A DNA stretch of 64,000 nucleotides. Source: Candidatus Methanosuratincola verstraetei (GTDB taxonomy: Archaea; Thermoproteota; Methanomethylicia; Methanomethylicales; Methanomethylicaceae). The translations under genes and the position numbers were made by a program. The DNA lies in contig CP186953.1 of NCBI GenBank assembly GCA_049570475.1, forward strand, positions 736,001 through 800,000, given 5' to 3'. Numbering within the stretch: position 1 is the first letter of the stretch; every line of letters begins with the position of its first letter. This document shows, piece after piece, positions 10,035 to 19,483 of the stretch. The notes under the pieces were generated by a model. That model had not been told where the DNA came from. It ran no database searches and worked only from the letters and a program-made list of their open reading frames with translations.

Positions 10035-11212
10035 TTCCTGAGTCCCTTTTCCCGAAGAACCCTGCTCACGAAGTCGCAGAGCTCTCCGTTGTCTATCGGC
10101 TTGGAGTCGACCGGAAGGTGCTTCAGCGTCTTGATCACTTCGGCAAGCTCCTCCTCCGAGATCTCGAAGTTGCATGCCTTGAGCTTCTCCCTGACCCCCT
10201 CTGTTCCCGAATGCCTCCCGAACGTCAGGCGCCTGGTTTGCCCGACAATCTGCGGCTCATAGGACTCGTAGGTGAACGGGCACTTGATCACGGCCGCAAC
10301 GTGGATCCCGGACTCGTGCCTGAAGGCGTTCGACCCGACTATCGCCTTGTTTATCGGTATGGGGACGCCCGAAAACCTCGACACCATCTCCGAGAGCTCC
10401 TGGATGACCTCGGTCTTGAAGCCCAGGTCAACCCCGTAAAGCGCGTATAGAGCCATCACAACCTCTTCCAGAGCTGCGTTGCCGCACCGCTCCCCCAGCC
10501 CGTTCACGGAGACGGATATCGCATCGATGCCAGCTTCGTATGCCGCCAAGGAGTTGGCTACAGCCAGTCCGAAGTCGTCGTGGCAGTGAACTGAGAGCTC
10601 TATGTTGAAGTTCTTCCTTACTCTCTCCACCAGGTACTTCATCCCTTCCGGCCTGATGCAGCCAGTGGTATCCGCTATCCCCAGACGGTCTGCCTTCCTC
10701 TCCTCTGCAGCCTTGAATAGGGCAAATAGGTTCTCCAGGGAAGTCCTCGTCGCGTCCTCTGCGGAGAGCTGGACGAATAGGCCATGTGCCTTCGCGTACT
10801 CTATGGCCTCAGAAGCCATCTTTACTGAAGACTGGAGATCTGTGTGGAGCTTGTACTTGAGGTGCAAGTCGGAGACCGAGAGGAAGACAATGACTCCGTC
10901 CACGTCAGCCCGCAGCGCCGCGTCAATGTCCTTCTGCTTTGATCGGCAGAGGCAGATTACCTGCGCCCCCAACCTTGAGTTCGCAACAGCCTTCACTGCA
11001 TCCTCGTCGTACTGCGAGATCACGGGGAAGCCGGCCTCTATCGAATGGACGCCGAGCTCGTCGAGCTTCCTCGCTATCTCGACTTTCTGCTCCTTCGAGA
11101 ACTTTACTCCAGGAGTCTGCTCGCCGTCCCTTAGGGTCGTGTCGTATATCTTTACGCGCCGGACGTCTGGCTGGATGAAGTTGTACGGGCTCGTGAAGTA
11201 CCTCAATGCCAA
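10031..11212 (-). CDS. Homocitrate synthase-like (AksA/LeuA family) lacking the C-terminal regulatory domain
   Basis: [36 protein letters not shown]; 393 aa. Confidence 0.88.
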   Translation of the reverse strand: MALRYFTSPYNFIQPDVRRVKIYDTTLRDGEQTPGVKFSKEQKVEIARKLDELGVHSIEAGFPVISQYDEDAVKAVANSRLGAQVICLCRSKQKDIDAALRADVDGVIVFLSVSDLHLKYKLHTDLQSSVKMASEAIEYAKAHGLFVQLSAEDATRTSLENLFALFKAAEERKADRLGIADTTGCIRPEGMKYLVERVRKNFNIELSVHCHDDFGLAVANSLAAYEAGIDAISVSVNGLGERCGNAALEEVVMALYALYGVDLGFKTEVIQELSEMVSRFSGVPIPINKAIVGSNAFRHESGIHVAAVIKCPFTYESYEPQIVGQTRRLTFGRHSGTEGVREKLKACNFEISEEELAEVIKTLKHLPVDSKPIDNGELCDFVSRVLREKGLRK

Positions 11213-11344
11213 CGCCTCAATTCTTCTCTGCTAATAGACTGCCCAATCAGATTAATACTTTATGAATCGTTAGTAATTAAAATGAACCTTTTGTGTGTAT
11301 CCTGCGCGTGAGCGTTATTAACTGGGGGATGCGAAGTTATCGCG

Positions 11345-12304
11345 GTGGTTGGAGTGCAGGTCCTTGTCACAGGGGGCGCAGGGTTCATAGGCACGCACCT
11401 TGTCGAGAGGCTGATAGAAAACGGCGCCAGCGTAAAGATCTTGGACGACTTGTCAGCGGGCGACATATCAGGGGTTTCCAGGCTCCTCAGGTCAGGAGCG
11501 GCGACATTTGTGAAAGGGGACATAAGGGACGGCGGCAAGGTCTTGGAGGCCACCAGAGGCTGCGAGATCGTGTACCACCTAGCTGCACAGTCATCCGTCC
11601 CCAAGTCCACGGAGGACCCCTCCCTTGACCTCGAAGTCAACATCGCAGGAACCCACAACGTCCTCATGGCAGCCAAGGAATGCGGCGCCAAGGTCGTTTT
11701 CGCCTCATCCTCAGTGGTATATGGTGTGCCGAGGAAGATCCCAACCCCAGAGAGCGAGCCGCTCGTGCCCCGCTCCTTCTATGGGGCTTCGAAGGCAGCC
11801 GCTGAGGACTACTGCAGGCTGTACAGCGAGATCTTCGGTGTGCCCACTGTAATACTCAGGCTCTTCAACATCTACGGCCCCAGGACCAACAAAGGCCTGA
11901 TGTTCGACCTGTACAGGAAGCTCTTGAGGGACACGCGGAGGCTGGAGATACTCGGCACTGGGGAGCAGAAGAAGGACTATCTCTACATAGATGACGCCAT
12001 AGATGCCTTCATGGCAGCTCCGGAGCGGTCCAGGTGCGCGGGCGACGCTTACAACATCGGGCTTGGCGAATCATACACTGTGTTTCAGATAGCCCAGATG
12101 ATGTTCGATGTTCTGGGCCTGGAGGGCGTGGAGGTACATCCAAGGGGAGGCACTTCCTGGCCAGGGGACGTCGAGCTTACGGAGCCAGATGTTAGCAAGG
12201 CTGAGATCGAGCTTGGCTGGAGGGCCAAGGTCGGCATAAAAGATGGCATTAGGAAGACCCTCGAATACTTCGTGAAGACGCTTGGCCCTCTCCCCGCAAA
12301 ATGA
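11345..12304 (+). CDS. NAD-dependent epimerase/dehydratase (UDP-glucose 4-epimerase-like)
   Basis: TGGAGFIG, YHLAA, SS..VYG, YGASK. Confidence 0.92.
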   Translation: MVGVQVLVTGGAGFIGTHLVERLIENGASVKILDDLSAGDISGVSRLLRSGAATFVKGDIRDGGKVLEATRGCEIVYHLAAQSSVPKSTEDPSLDLEVNIAGTHNVLMAAKECGAKVVFASSSVVYGVPRKIPTPESEPLVPRSFYGASKAAAEDYCRLYSEIFGVPTVILRLFNIYGPRTNKGLMFDLYRKLLRDTRRLEILGTGEQKKDYLYIDDAIDAFMAAPERSRCAGDAYNIGLGESYTVFQIAQMMFDVLGLEGVEVHPRGGTSWPGDVELTEPDVSKAEIELGWRAKVGIKDGIRKTLEYFVKTLGPLPAK

Positions 12305-12359
12305 TTCCGGGAAAGGGGCATTTTATTTTTCAAATTCCAACTTTTCACAAAGTAAAAAA

Positions 12360-13106
12360 TCAAGCGTAGGACTCGTACTTGAGGTCCTTGAATGCCTGCT
12401 TGGCTTCATTGTAGGACTCTAGCGAGCCAATATCATACCAATATCCAGTGAACTTCAAGCCATACACCTTCTCGGTCTCAGATAGCCAGCAGATGAAGCG
12501 CCCGATCGGGTCAGGGGGGTTCCCGCTTTTCAGGTATTCGCTGACCCGCGAGATGCACCGCCAGGGGAGAAGGTAGATCCCAGTGGAGACCAGGCAGCAT
12601 GGCGGGTTTTCAGGCTTCTCCTCGAATCTCCTGACGATCAGGTTTTCGTCGACTAAAACGCAAGCATACTTTCTGGCATCCTCCTTCCGTGCGATCTCGT
12701 AGAGCGCTATAACTGGCGAGTTGACCATGTTGTAGAAATTGACCATGCTCCGGAGATCGAGCGAGAAGAGGTTGTCCCCAGCGGTTATGATGTAGTCGTC
12801 CGCCCCAGAATCCCGGACCAAAAGCTCAAGCGCTTTTGTTGGCCCCAGCTTCTCTTCCTCCTTTTCCGAAGGTTCAGGGACGACCCTGACGTTCGCGTAC
12901 CCTCTTTTCGATAGCCACTCGTTGAAATGCCGTTCAAACCGCTGGTTTGTGGATATTATAATCTCTTCAAGATCCAGCTGCCTCAGCTTTGCAATTATGA
13001 AGTCAATTATTGTCCCGTCGCCGATCGGCAGGAGTGGTTTCGGGGTGTCGAGTGTGAGGGGCCACAGACGCTTCGCGTACCCGCCTGCAAGGACTACTCC
13101 CTTCAT
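12360..13106 (-). CDS. Sugar-phosphate nucleotidyltransferase
   Basis: LAGGYAKRLWPLT..PKPLLP, FEEKP, WYDIG. Confidence 0.92.
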   Translation of the reverse strand: MKGVVLAGGYAKRLWPLTLDTPKPLLPIGDGTIIDFIIAKLRQLDLEEIIISTNQRFERHFNEWLSKRGYANVRVVPEPSEKEEEKLGPTKALELLVRDSGADDYIITAGDNLFSLDLRSMVNFYNMVNSPVIALYEIARKEDARKYACVLVDENLIVRRFEEKPENPPCCLVSTGIYLLPWRCISRVSEYLKSGNPPDPIGRFICWLSETEKVYGLKFTGYWYDIGSLESYNEAKQAFKDLKYESYA

Positions 13107-13206
13107 AGAAAAAGCACCAGTGAGATCTTTGCGGCAAACCATATAAATACTTGAAAGACAACTTTAGACACTCCCGGCATGATGGAGGGGAAGGGGCCCA
13201 ATTCGA

Positions 13207-13671
13207 ATGCTGTCTCCTGAGGTCTACACCTTCATACTGGCGATGTCCCCAGTCGTCGAGTCCAGGGGCGCCATACCCTACGGGGTTCTCGCAGGAATCG
13301 AGCCGAACAGCGTCCTCCTTCTGTCCATAGCAGGCAACATACTGCCGGTGCCATTTCTCCTACTAGTGCTCTCCAAGTTAGAGCAACTGATCATCACCCG
13401 TTCTGAGAACAGCTGGCTCAGGTCACTTTATTTGAGGTACATCGGGTCCCTCAGGAGAAAGGCAAAGGAAAAGATCGATAGATACGGTTTTTTTGGTGTG
13501 ATGCTGTTCGTCGCAGTGCCGGTTCCAGGAAGCGGCGCCTGGACTGGGAGTCTTGTTGCGCACCTATTCGGCCTTGAAAAGAAGAAGGCATTGGCTGCAA
13601 TAGTTTTTGGCGTGGTCGAGGCAGCGCTTATGATTTATGCTTTCGTCACTTTCCTTGGATTCGTCTTTTAG
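13207..13671 (+). CDS. Small multidrug export-type membrane protein (COG2426-like)
   Basis: P..E.RGAIP, GNILPVPF, FVAVP.PG.GAWTG. Confidence 0.85.
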   Translation: MLSPEVYTFILAMSPVVESRGAIPYGVLAGIEPNSVLLLSIAGNILPVPFLLLVLSKLEQLIITRSENSWLRSLYLRYIGSLRRKAKEKIDRYGFFGVMLFVAVPVPGSGAWTGSLVAHLFGLEKKKALAAIVFGVVEAALMIYAFVTFLGFVF

Positions 13672-13692
13672 CGTTCTTTTAGGTCTCCGGCT

Positions 13693-14790
13693 TCAGATTG
13701 AGTCGACTATCTCAACCCAGCGCCTCATCATGTCAACCTGGAGGTTGAGGAATTTCCTGTATATCTCGTTGTTCAATGTTGAAGCCCCCCTTTCGAGAAG
13801 GGCAGCCAATGAGAGGTACGAGTCGGAATAGGAGCTCCCTGAGATATCGCCGTCGACAAAGCGCCAGACCGACTCATTGAGAATCATGCCGTCCATCTCG
13901 CTTTTAAGGTCCTTGAAGATGCTGCGGGGGCGCTTCTGATGGGTCCCCACGGGCTTTCCCAAGCAGACCCTGTCCCCCAAGTGGTCAGCCACCCGCTTAA
14001 GGAATATCCCTGACCATATGTCGTCGAAGCGATCGATGCCCATAGTATTCATGTAAAGCTGGTAGAAGGCAGGGACGATCTTAGGGATAAAAGAGGTGTT
14101 CATGCTGCAGACTGCAAAGTAGGTACCTCTGCCAACCACTACCTTTTCATTTAGCAGGCGCTCTCCCATGACGTCGCACTTCCCGTCCATCCCGCCGTGA
14201 TAAAGGATCGTCAGGGCATCGAAGTCAGGATTGCCAATCCAGTGCCCCATATTCAGCACGCAGCTCCCTCCCGAGCTCTCCCAACAGTAATCCTCGGCGC
14301 GAGTCTCAGGGGAATACGGGTGCCCTCTGGGGAAGAAGCGACCTTCCCTGCTCAGCGAAATTGAGTCTAGCGTGTTGTACCACCTTGACTTAGAGTGCAC
14401 GGTCTTACCTCCCCCGCCGAAGAGGTTGTCCCTGTGTCCAGGGATCAGTCCGTTGATGAAGACGTCGTCGTCCAACTCAACGATGAATCCAGCGCCCTCC
14501 TCATAGGCAACGAGGAAGCCGAAGCTGGTCTCAGCGTGCGCCCTTTCAGGGATCACTTCAAGATATTTTTTGTACCCTGAACCGAATCTTGACTTGAACC
14601 ACTCTTCCCGCTCGTTTGGCCCGTAGTACGACCTTTCTAGACCTTCCAGTATCCGATCGTTTTTCATGCGGATCTCTTGGTTCCCCTCATCCACCACAAT
14701 GACCTTCGTGTTTGTTTCATTTAGTTCCCGCTTCAGCGGCTCCAAGTTCTTCAATTCGTTTATAGTGGCGATGACAAGATAAGGTTGCAT
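13693..14790 (-). CDS. Reversibly glycosylated polypeptide / GT75-like protein
   Basis: LDDD, PRGHPYS, G.W...PD.DA, CSMN..F, RFDDIWSG.FLK...DHLG resemble plant RGP/UDP-arabinopyranose mutase motifs. Confidence 0.7.
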   Translation of the reverse strand: MQPYLVIATINELKNLEPLKRELNETNTKVIVVDEGNQEIRMKNDRILEGLERSYYGPNEREEWFKSRFGSGYKKYLEVIPERAHAETSFGFLVAYEEGAGFIVELDDDVFINGLIPGHRDNLFGGGGKTVHSKSRWYNTLDSISLSREGRFFPRGHPYSPETRAEDYCWESSGGSCVLNMGHWIGNPDFDALTILYHGGMDGKCDVMGERLLNEKVVVGRGTYFAVCSMNTSFIPKIVPAFYQLYMNTMGIDRFDDIWSGIFLKRVADHLGDRVCLGKPVGTHQKRPRSIFKDLKSEMDGMILNESVWRFVDGDISGSSYSDSYLSLAALLERGASTLNNEIYRKFLNLQVDMMRRWVEIVDSI

Positions 14791-14820
14791 GAAGAAAAAA
14801 GGTAAAGAACCCTTAAAAGA

Positions 14821-15987
14821 TTAACTAATGAGCTTTACTAGAACGTCTCTCAAATGCATTAGGTCTCGGATATACACGAATTCGTCGGTACCATGGAAAT
14901 GCGAATCCTCGGCGATCGCGCCGTAGCTGACCACAGGGATACCCTTGGACGCCAAGAATTTGCCGTCGTCCCCGCCCAAGGATGCGCCTAAGGGTAGCGG
15001 GGCGCCGAAGACGGAAGCGGTCGCATTGAGGAAGGTCTTGACAAAAGGATGCTCGGGCGGCGTCAGGAAGCCCTTGTCCTCCAGCATAATTCTCAGCTCA
15101 GCTTCTATGTTGAGATTTTCCCTGGATCTGTTGAAGAAGTTGATCAGCTCCAACTTGGCCTCTTCCAAAGGCTCATCAGGCAGCACCCTCATGTCAAACC
15201 TTGCCCAGGCATTTGACGGGATTATGTTTTCCTTTTCACCGCCACCTATGATTGTGAACGAGAAGCGACCCCAAAGCTTCTTATTCGGAGAGCCCGGCGG
15301 GGCGTCTATATTCGAGAGTTTCCGCTCCCTGAATCGGGCAAAATTCTCGAACTCCCTTATGAGCGAGGCTAGCTTCGGGATCGGGTTGTCGGACCTGTGG
15401 GGGTACCCAGCGTGCCCCTGGATCCCCCTCACTAGCACCTCCCCCTGAACTATCCCGCTCGCCCCAACGCAGACCATATCAGGCATTGCATCAACCACCA
15501 CACCGCAGTCAAGCCTCAAATTGAGGTCGTTGATCACGTATCCTATCCCCCAACGCCCCCCGACTTCTTCGTCGGGTGAAGCGATCAACTTTACGTTGTA
15601 CTTACCCTTCTCCCCAATGCGAGAGAGGGCACCCAAAGACGCGGCGATTGCAGATTTGTCATCGGCAGACCCCCTCCCATACGCCCGATCCCCTTCAATA
15701 GTCAGTCTGAAGGGATCCCTTTTCCAGCCCTCGCCCGGAGGCACGACGTCATAGTGAGTCAACAGCCCCAGGGTGCTTTCCGCCCCCAAGTCCAACGTTC
15801 CGACCACGTTAGGCCTCTTCTTCCCGTCGCCCGTAAGCGCAACCGGATCGAAGACTTCGACCTTCAGCCCAACCTCCCTCATCCTATCAGATATCAGGGA
15901 GGCGCACTCCGCGTATCCGCACTTCTTGATTGAGTCGGTATTGATTGAAACAAGCTCCTCCAAGACCTTGAGCTCATAAGGCAGCAC
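14821..15987 (-). CDS. M20 family metallohydrolase (ArgE/DapE-like)
   Basis: HYDVVP, YGRGSADDK, DEE, GHAG.P, H..DE. Confidence 0.92.
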   Translation of the reverse strand: MLPYELKVLEELVSINTDSIKKCGYAECASLISDRMREVGLKVEVFDPVALTGDGKKRPNVVGTLDLGAESTLGLLTHYDVVPPGEGWKRDPFRLTIEGDRAYGRGSADDKSAIAASLGALSRIGEKGKYNVKLIASPDEEVGGRWGIGYVINDLNLRLDCGVVVDAMPDMVCVGASGIVQGEVLVRGIQGHAGYPHRSDNPIPKLASLIREFENFARFRERKLSNIDAPPGSPNKKLWGRFSFTIIGGGEKENIIPSNAWARFDMRVLPDEPLEEAKLELINFFNRSRENLNIEAELRIMLEDKGFLTPPEHPFVKTFLNATASVFGAPLPLGASLGGDDGKFLASKGIPVVSYGAIAEDSHFHGTDEFVYIRDLMHLRDVLVKLIS

Positions 15988-16039
15988 GATGTAGACACCG
16001 ATCTATTCTATGGCCCCAAGGCTTAATTGCTTATTGCAG

Positions 16040-16660
16040 TTACATAAACAGAACTAAGACCCAGGAGGGCAGGGCAAACAATGCCCAGATGGCCTTGGAC
16101 CATGAGAAGACTTTGTACCCGTCGAAAGGCGGGATCGGGATCAGGTTGAATGCCGCAAGCCAGAGGTTAATCCGCATCCCGTAGAGCCCCAGAAGGGAAA
16201 AAACTCCCCCCAGGTTAGATATAGCGAAGAAGAAGGCAACCAAGAGGAGGTTCATCGCTGGACCGGAGAGGGAAATCACCCCAAAAACCTTCTTCATCGC
16301 ATTGACATCTAGGGAGGGGGCAGTCATCATTGGAACAATATACACGGCACCCAGCGCTGCAAAGATTACATTGCCTCGCGTAACAACAGACATGATGAGG
16401 GCGAGTATGATCCCCAAGAGCCACACGTTGTAGTATGCATGGCACCCGTATCTTTTGGCCGTTGAACGGTGGGCCAGCTCATGGAGCAAGAAACCCAGGC
16501 CTGCCGATGATCCAACCAGGAGGAATACGGAAAGGAAAAGGTCTGGAGAGTCGAACAGGGTCCATAAAGAGAAGCAGAGCGTGATTACGAACCACGAAAG
16601 CAGGAGACCCAGAATTTCAGGGATCTTCAACAGGATTACCTCATAATGGGTTCGGCGCAT
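16040..16660 (-). CDS. Site-2 protease family (M50) membrane metalloprotease
   Basis: HELAH, GP..N, FNLIPIPPFDG. Confidence 0.9.
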   Translation of the reverse strand: MRRTHYEVILLKIPEILGLLLSWFVITLCFSLWTLFDSPDLFLSVFLLVGSSAGLGFLLHELAHRSTAKRYGCHAYYNVWLLGIILALIMSVVTRGNVIFAALGAVYIVPMMTAPSLDVNAMKKVFGVISLSGPAMNLLLVAFFFAISNLGGVFSLLGLYGMRINLWLAAFNLIPIPPFDGYKVFSWSKAIWALFALPSWVLVLFM

Positions 16661-16710
16661 CGGCTAATAAATTTAAAGGTTAACCGGAAAAAAAGGTGCA
16701 TATGATTTAA

Positions 16711-17246
16711 GAGATTTTCGAAAAACCTGCCTATAACCTTTCCCAAAAGGAGCGCAATGCTTAAAGATCATGGGCACAACAGTTATCCTCATGCCTTCTT
16801 TCGAGTGTTACATCCTCAACGAGTACTACCAGAGGTACCTGAAGAATAACGACAGATTGGCGAAAGCAGCCTCCCTGATAGACTGGGAGGGGTTTCGCTC
16901 CATAATAGCCTCATCCTACCGCAACCTGCGGATATCAAGGAGGAGGGCGCCGATCGAGAGGGTATGTATTTGCGGTGCTCAAGAGGGTCTTCAGGGCAGG
17001 GCACGTCATGGTCACGACCGTTCCGAGGGTGAAGGTGAAGATGATGTTCTCCTGCCTCTGCTTCAACCTGATGCAGGTGCTCACCCTTAGGAGCAGGTAC
17101 AAGCATAGGATCTCGAAGAAGGTAGAAAATGATGGAAAAAGGGAAAACAAAGTGAAGAGAAGATGGAAAATAAAGATGCCTAGCATAGGGACGCCTTAAA
17201 ACGGGAAAGAAGGCGAAGGGCATCAGCAAAGTTTTTCGAAATCCTC
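16711..17246 (+). mobile_element. Non-autonomous IS5-family deletion derivative, 536 bp
   Basis: Terminal inverted repeats GAGATTTTCGAAAAAC / GAGGATTTCGAAAAAC (reverse complement), TTAA on both flanks; transposase N-terminus (DRL....LIDWEGFR) joined to C-terminus (R.PIER....KRVF..GH....T..RV......FNL). Confidence 0.85.
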
Positions 17247-17284
17247 TTAAGAAAATTATATCGTAAAGGAAAGTTGGTAGAAAA

Positions 17285-18244
17285 ATGGTCGTGGGACTCG
17301 AAGAGAAGCTAAGGGCAATGCTGTCGGAAACAGTAGGCAGGTGTGTTGATTTCAATACGGGGATCCTTTTGTCGGGCGGGCTCGACACGAGCATACTGGC
17401 ATATGAGGCGGCAAAATGCGTAGAAGTGAAGGCATATACGGTGGCAATGAAGGGGGCAGATGCGCAGGATCTCAAGTATGCAAGGATGGTGAGCGACCAC
17501 TTACGCCTTGAACACAAGGTACTCGAATTTGGGATAGAAGAAGTTTTCGAGGCATTGCCCAAGCTGATCAAAATCCTCGGCGTATTCGACCCGATGGAGG
17601 TAAGGAATAGTCTTGCAATATATCTTGGCATGGGATTTGCTAAAGAAGAGGGTGCAAACACCTTATTAACAGGGGACGGTGCTGACGAGCTGTTCGCCGG
17701 CTACGATTTCATTATTAACAAGGCTTCTGAAGAGATCGAAAAGGAGCTCCGCCACCTCTGGAAAGTGATGACTTTCTCATCGTTTGACATTGGAAAGAAC
17801 TATGGTATAAGCGTGAAGGCGCCTTACCTTGATGAAAAGATCAAAAAGTTTGCCATGGGGGCGGGGGTCGAATTTAAGGTAGGGAAGAGGAATGGGAAGC
17901 TGTTTGGAAAATGGATCCTAAGGAAGGCATACGAAGGCCTGCTCCCAGAGGAAATCATATGGCGGGCTAAAACACCGATCGAGCGCGGGACGGGCACAAA
18001 CATACTTCCCTCACTTTTTGAGAGGAAAATAAGCGACGAACTATTCAATGAGCGCAGAGAGTTATACTTTAACGTAGACAGCGTAAGGATCAGGGACAAA
18101 GAACAGTTGGTCTATTACGAAGTCTTCAGGGAGGTGATCGGTCCACCCGAGGCGACAGAGGAAGGTCGGCACTGTCCATGCTGCACGTCCGTGCTTAGGG
18201 AAGGGTCAAAGTTCTGCAGGACCTGCGGGGCTTATCCCGTTTAG
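17285..18244 (+). CDS. Asparagine synthase C-terminal-domain protein with a C-terminal Zn ribbon
   Basis: LLSGGLDTS, TGDGADELFAGY, KWILR, CPCC...CRTC; no glutaminase domain. Confidence 0.85.
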   Translation: MVVGLEEKLRAMLSETVGRCVDFNTGILLSGGLDTSILAYEAAKCVEVKAYTVAMKGADAQDLKYARMVSDHLRLEHKVLEFGIEEVFEALPKLIKILGVFDPMEVRNSLAIYLGMGFAKEEGANTLLTGDGADELFAGYDFIINKASEEIEKELRHLWKVMTFSSFDIGKNYGISVKAPYLDEKIKKFAMGAGVEFKVGKRNGKLFGKWILRKAYEGLLPEEIIWRAKTPIERGTGTNILPSLFERKISDELFNERRELYFNVDSVRIRDKEQLVYYEVFREVIGPPEATEEGRHCPCCTSVLREGSKFCRTCGAYPV

Positions 18245-18298
18245 AAAAACAACTACCCAGACTGATCTTGCAAAAATTTCTGTGCTCCGAATCAAGAC

Positions 18299-19060
18299 AT
18301 GCAAGAGAGGAATCCCTTGGACATATGGAAATTTTACAGCATCCGTGAGAAAAGGTGCGTTTATTGTAACTCGTTGAACAGGGAGAGGTTTGAAGTCTTT
18401 CTTAATCAGCTCCAGTTAGGACCAGAGAGCACAGCCCTTTACATTGCATGCGGCAAGGTCGAATTTCTAGTCAAAATGAGCGAGCTTTATCGGATCAAGG
18501 GAGTGGGAGTGGATATCAGCGCCTATTTCATACAGGAAGCTCGGAAAAAAAGCTATGCTGAGAGTTCCGGATGCGCTCCTTGACTTTATCGAGATCGATG
18601 GAAAGGACTGCAAACCTCAAGACGGAAAATTGTTTGACCTATCGAGTTGCATCGGTGCCACTTGGATTTGGAACGGGTACAAAGTAACCCTAAAAGCACT
18701 AAAAGACATGACTAAGCCCGGAGGGCTACTTGTGGGCGAACCATTCTGGCTCAAGCAGCCGGAAAACGAATGCCCCAAAGCGGAGAATTTGCAGAGTCGT
18801 ATGCCGAGAGCCACAAAGACAATGTGCACTTGGGAGAAGCCAGCGGGCTTAACTGCATATACGCCCTCGACAGCACAAAAGAGGACTTTGACCATTACGA
18901 GATGCTCGGTTGGTGGAGCTTGGAAGATTATATACGGCAAAATCCGAACGACCCAGATTTCCAAGAGATCCTAGCATTGTTCAGGAAGGAGAAAGAGAAG
19001 TACCTCCGCTGGGGGCGGGAAACAATTGGCTGGGCAACATACCTCTTCAGGAAAACGTGA
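18299..19060 (+). pseudogene. Class I SAM-dependent methyltransferase, frameshifted into three pieces
   Basis: IACGK.E and GVGVDIS in the first frame; CIGATW and VGEPFW in the second; YLRWGRETIGWA in the third. Confidence 0.8.
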
Positions 19061-19184
19061 TTTCGGACCTTTAACTTCTACGACATTCAAGGCACATTTC
19101 TTGTCAAGCTTCGGTAAGCAGCGGGGGGTTAATTCGTGAATTCAAAATCGGTTTTCATTCTAAATGTTAGTTTTTTCAAAGTCA

Positions 19185-19320
19185 TGGTGCGGGGAGTGGG
19201 ATTTGAACCCACGAAGGCCTTCGCCACAGGATAACCCATCCGAAGGCTACCAAGCCCGGATCTTAAGTCTGGCACGCCTCTCGGCGTCCTGCCCCGTTGT
19301 CCTGACTTGGGAATCCCCGC
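19185..19320 (-). tRNA. tRNA-Leu(TAA) with two introns (19269-19287 and 19233-19261)
   Basis: Acceptor GCGGGGA/TCCCCGC-ACCA, GGTTCAAATCC T-arm, long variable arm; removing both BHB-type introns gives CAGGA-CTTAAGA-TCCTG. Confidence 0.88.
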
Positions 19321-19405
19321 TTTTCAAAAGATTAAGAGCGGACCAGTATTTAGTTTTTAGCTAATATAGAAATATTTATTGGAACAGCATGTTTGAATCA
19401 CTTTG

Positions 19406-19483
19406 GGGTCCGTGGCGCAGACTGGATAGCGCGTTGGCCTTCTAAGTCAATGGTCGAGGGTTCAAATCCCTCCGGACCCGCCA
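19406..19483 (+). tRNA. tRNA-Arg(TCT)
   Basis: GGGTCCG/CGGACCC acceptor, TTGGC-CTTCTAA-GTCAA, encoded CCA. Confidence 0.95.

Noticed and set aside
325-11234. Long antisense or alternate-frame ORFs (e.g. 377-1063, 8102-8989, 9313-10041, 10602-11234)
   Set aside because: Shadows of well-supported GC-rich genes, with no recognisable motifs.
16816-17661. 281-aa minus-strand ORF
   Set aside because: It crosses the IS remnant and the asparagine-synthase-like gene on the opposite strand; spurious.
18299-19060. Possible pyrrolysine or selenocysteine readthrough in the methyltransferase
   Set aside because: The breaks are frame changes, not in-frame TAG or TGA codons.
19164-19364. 66-aa ORF
   Set aside because: It is the antisense of tRNA-Leu.
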